Shown here: piece after piece, positions 29,255 through 32,000 of the stretch
Numbering within the stretch: position 1 is the first letter of the stretch
Layout of the letters: each line of letters opens with the position of its first letter
Assembly: GCF_001997385.1 (NCBI RefSeq)
Contig: NZ_CP019633.1
Location: 960,001-992,000 of the forward strand
DNA length: 32,000 bases
Origin: Sedimentisphaera cyanobacteriorum
Lineage (GTDB): Bacteria > Planctomycetota > Phycisphaerae > Sedimentisphaerales > Sedimentisphaeraceae
Reading direction: 5' to 3'
The notes under the pieces: model-generated
What the model was told of the DNA's origin: nothing
Databases searched by the model: none
The model's input: only the letters and a program-made list of their open reading frames with translations
Made by a program: the position numbers and the translations under genes

Positions 29255-31468
29255 ATGAATAAAACCACCCTCCTTATAAGCCTGCTTCTGTGGTTTTCGG
29301 GATTTTCTCAGGACCTGCCTGAAAAGAACGATATAATCAGCAATGAAAAGGCTGCGATGAAAATCTACAACAGCCTCCAGGAGGCCTGTTTTCCCCATCT
29401 GATTGAATACTACTACAGAGAACAGATTACCAATCCTGAGTCGCGCAAGAAGCTTTACAGCTTAACCTCCGAAGCCTTAACCCGCCTGAAAGAAGTGCAG
29501 GAAAATCACAAAGCCGTTCAGGAGAGAATCGAAGAATACCATCACCGAACTTGGGACTTGAAATACGGCAAGAACCGGCTCTGGCGGAGAAGCGAAAACC
29601 TCACCAATCAAATAAGATATATGCTTCAGGATGCCAAATACCTGCAAGCCTTAAGCCTTAAAGGAAATGCTCGGCAGGCAGCAGCGGATAAGGTTATCGA
29701 AGAGGTAAACCAAATCGAAGACAGCGTGCCTCTTTCAAAGCTCTACCTTCTGAAGGTAAAGGCGAGATACCTCAAGGCAGGGGAAAACGAGGCTTTCGAA
29801 AACAGAATATTCAACGATTTAGAGCAGTCGTTTGTAAACACCGAAAGAAATTCACTGGAGCATTTCGAGACAGAAATTTACAGGCTGCGAATCCTGCGTC
29901 CGTTCGGTAATGATGAGCTTCAGCGGATAATCAGCAGATACAGGGACAAGGGCATCTTTGACTATCCCGACCTTTCGATACAGTTTGCCTTTCTTGAACT
30001 GGAGGTGGGCGAGGGAAGCCTTCTGCTCAAGCTTTTGAAGAAATGGCACGGACTAACCGAAAGAATTTCTAAAATCGCCTTCAAGAAGGCAAAAGAAATG
30101 CTTGCAAACGGTGAACTGCTTGAGCAGGTAAACTCCATGAGTCCTGTAGAGAGGGAGCTGATTATATATTCAGCTCTTATAAATAAATCCAAAAATTTTG
30201 ATTCCTTTATTATCGCCTCAGCTGCGGACGTTTCTTATCAGAGCAAGGTAATCAATTACGCAGCGGCAGCGAAGCTGATAGGCCAAAACGATGAAAAGGC
30301 ATTCGACTATGCCACCAAAGCAATTAAGCTGAAAGACAATTTCAAGAAGATGTATCCTGCAATAACGGATTTGAATATCTACACTACCGCTGCTGCTGCC
30401 GGATACGAAACGCTTAAATCGGGCACTGAAGCAGAGCAGGAAAGAGTGATTGAAATATTCGATAAGTACAAAGAGCTTGCTGGTGAGGATGCAGATGAAG
30501 AAATATCTTTCCTCTATGCGGTTCAGCTCAAAGACAAAAGGCCAGAAGAATCATTGGCCACATTCAAAAAGACGCTCGAATCAGGCGGCAAATACAAAAC
30601 TCAGGCACGATTTGAAATCCTCGTTTACAAATTCGAAAACGGAGAAACTGTTCTCGAGGAAATCCGAGAAATCTACGAAATGCTCGAAAGAGATGATGAC
30701 CCCTATTTCTATGCTGATGTGATAGATTTGTACTCGCGTTCCCTGGCGGAAACAGGTAAATTAAACGAGGCTGCAGAGCTTCTCTATGACCAGCTCTCTT
30801 ACGATATAACCCCCACCAAAGAATGTCTCAACTATGTGCTTCAAAAGTATATGACTGAAGCAGAGACATATTTTGAAAAGGCAGAATCAAGAGATACAGC
30901 AGAAATACATATCTCTGAGATAGCAAGGTTTATAAGACGAAAATATGGCGATAATATGCCGGATCAGGTGCAGCTTGCATATCAGGAAGCGATAGCAATC
31001 TCAAGCAGCAGAGGCGATCTGAGTATGGAAGAATACTCCGAGCAGGTTACCAACGGCCTCAGCTACAACCGTGTACTTGCTCGTCAGCTTATGAATAAAA
31101 CTGAATATGTAGAAGCAGCTGCGATTTGGGGAAAAATAGCGAGGAGCCTTGCCTCACAGGGAGAATTTGATCCTTGGCGTTGGTCTCGGGCGAAGTTTTA
31201 CCAGATAAAATGCGGCCTTTCCAGCCCTGAACTCAGCAAGGAAGATAAAATACACTCTTTTGACGTGCTCGAATCAGATCCGAAATGGGATAATGATTTC
31301 TGGAAGAACAAACTTAAAGAACTCAAGCCCGACTATGTTAAAGAGGCTCAAAAGCAGGCAGAGATCGAAAGGCAGAAACAGCGATCCACGGAGCCTCCTG
31401 AAGCAAATCCAGAATCACCAGCTGAAGAAAAGAGCGAGAATGAGCAAACAGGTTCTGAAAATAGATGA
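29255..31468 (+). CDS. Secreted 737-aa helical-repeat (TPR-like) protein with an acidic/Pro-rich low-complexity tail; function unknown
   Basis: The signal-peptide-like N-terminus is MNKTTLLISLLLWFSGFSQ. The composition is predominantly helical throughout. The C-terminal tail reads KEAQKQAEIERQKQRSTEPPEANPESPAEEKSENEQTGSENR. The start lies 1 nt after the ExbD-like stop. Confidence 0.5.
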   Translation: MNKTTLLISLLLWFSGFSQDLPEKNDIISNEKAAMKIYNSLQEACFPHLIEYYYREQITNPESRKKLYSLTSEALTRLKEVQENHKAVQERIEEYHHRTWDLKYGKNRLWRRSENLTNQIRYMLQDAKYLQALSLKGNARQAAADKVIEEVNQIEDSVPLSKLYLLKVKARYLKAGENEAFENRIFNDLEQSFVNTERNSLEHFETEIYRLRILRPFGNDELQRIISRYRDKGIFDYPDLSIQFAFLELEVGEGSLLLKLLKKWHGLTERISKIAFKKAKEMLANGELLEQVNSMSPVERELIIYSALINKSKNFDSFIIASAADVSYQSKVINYAAAAKLIGQNDEKAFDYATKAIKLKDNFKKMYPAITDLNIYTTAAAAGYETLKSGTEAEQERVIEIFDKYKELAGEDADEEISFLYAVQLKDKRPEESLATFKKTLESGGKYKTQARFEILVYKFENGETVLEEIREIYEMLERDDDPYFYADVIDLYSRSLAETGKLNEAAELLYDQLSYDITPTKECLNYVLQKYMTEAETYFEKAESRDTAEIHISEIARFIRRKYGDNMPDQVQLAYQEAIAISSSRGDLSMEEYSEQVTNGLSYNRVLARQLMNKTEYVEAAAIWGKIARSLASQGEFDPWRWSRAKFYQIKCGLSSPELSKEDKIHSFDVLESDPKWDNDFWKNKLKELKPDYVKEAQKQAEIERQKQRSTEPPEANPESPAEEKSENEQTGSENR

Positions 31469-32000
31469 CCTCTATGTAAGCTTTTACACCGATGAAGGCG
31501 AGGTAAAGGCTGTTTCAGGCCTTACGCTGGACATAAATGAAGGTGAGACAGTAGCTCTGGTTGGTGAGAGCGGCTGCGGGAAAAGCGTAAGTTCGCTCTC
31601 GGTTTTAGGGCTTCTGCCCAACCCCCCTGCCAAAATCAAGCAGGGCGAGATCCTGTATAAAGGGCAAAATCTTCTCAATCTTGAAGACAAGCAGCTTAGG
31701 ACTCTTCGCGGCAGTGAGATAGCGATGATATTTCAGGAGCCTATGACTAGCCTCAATCCGGTTTATACAATCGGAGATCAGATAATCGAAACAATACTTG
31801 CTCACGAACAAATACCGCTGGAAGAGGCGGAAAAGCGCGCAGCTGAGATGCTCGGGCTCGTAGGAATTCCCGATCCGCTCGCCCGCTTGGATGAGTATCC
31901 CCATCAGCTATCCGGCGGGATGAGGCAGAGGGTAATGATTGCGATGGCCTTGAGCTGCCGCCCTTCTCTGCTCATTGCGGACGAACCGACAACAGCGCTT
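31440..32000 (+). CDS. ABC transporter ATP-binding protein, Dpp/Opp (peptide/nickel) type; the 3' end runs off the window
   Basis: Absent from the ORF track because there is no stop in the window. Manual translation from the ATG at 31440 is open to 32000 (187 codons): MSKQVLKIDDLYVSFYTDEGEVKAVSGLTLDINEGETVALVGESGCGKSV (Walker A), ..IAMIFQEPMTSLNPVYTIGDQI.., YPHQLSGGMRQRVMIAMAL (signature) and LLIADEPTTAL (Walker B). It overlaps the preceding gene by 29 nt. Confidence 0.85.
   Translation, partial: MSKQVLKIDDLYVSFYTDEGEVKAVSGLTLDINEGETVALVGESGCGKSVSSLSVLGLLPNPPAKIKQGEILYKGQNLLNLEDKQLRTLRGSEIAMIFQEPMTSLNPVYTIGDQIIETILAHEQIPLEEAEKRAAEMLGLVGIPDPLARLDEYPHQLSGGMRQRVMIAMALSCRPSLLIADEPTTAL

Noticed and set aside
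1-32000. Scan for tRNA, rRNA, CRISPR arrays or long tandem repeats
   Set aside because: I saw no regularly spaced direct repeats, no cloverleaf-like GC-rich ~75-nt islands in intergenic regions, and no rRNA-like stretches. The intergenic space is almost fully accounted for by the features listed.

Overview
All calls below come from reading the ORF translations and the DNA by eye. No database search was run, so family names are motif-level assignments.

This looks like bacterial chromosomal DNA. The gene content (an ECF sigma/FecR pair next to secreted LamG proteins that carry Cys-rich dockerin-like C-terminal tags) suggests a PVC-group organism, Phycisphaerae- or Kiritimatiellia-like. That taxonomic guess is inference only.

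**Left half (1-16112, all minus strand).**
- This is one tightly packed exopolysaccharide (EPS) operon of about 16 kb, with many 1-8 nt overlaps and gaps under 30 nt.
- In transcription order it encodes:
  - a small membrane protein;
  - a REC-PP2C-RsbW-like kinase fusion;
  - a GT2 and three GT4 glycosyltransferases;
  - a pseudo-PGT::WecG/TagA fusion;
  - an intact initiating phosphoglycosyltransferase (PGT);
  - a STAS protein;
  - an NTP-transferase-like::hexapeptide::pseudo-PGT fusion;
  - a uridine-kinase-family kinase;
  - a Pol-beta-type nucleotidyltransferase;
  - a cytoplasmic NPP-type alkaline-phosphatase-superfamily enzyme;
  - a Wzc-like co-polymerase with a degenerate kinase domain;
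  - a Wza-like export lipoprotein, truncated by the window edge.

**Right half (16363-25934, plus strand).**
- It runs divergently from the EPS operon and encodes:
  - an ECF sigma factor;
  - a FecR-type anti-sigma factor;
  - a double-LamG secreted protein;
  - a large secreted helical-barrel::LamG protein;
  - a GH43 lipoprotein.
- Two intact insertion sequences interrupt or bound this cluster.
- An IS3-family (IS407-like) element lies at 20661-21924. It has a CGAG target duplication and sits 5 bp upstream of a start codon.
- An IS1634-family element lies at about 26015-27998.

**After the second IS.** The genes are scpB, an ExbD/TolR-like gene, a 737-aa helical-repeat protein and the 5' part of a Dpp/Opp-type ABC ATPase.

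I saw no rRNA, tRNA or CRISPR array.

**Most interesting observations.**
- A SypE/SypA-like partner-switching pair is built into the EPS operon, with a permuted domain order.
- Two pseudo-PGT fusion proteins flank the one intact PGT.
- An unexplained kinase/NTase/phosphodiesterase cassette sits between the glycosyltransfer and export genes.
- The two LamG proteins share a 39-aa four-Cys C-terminal tag.
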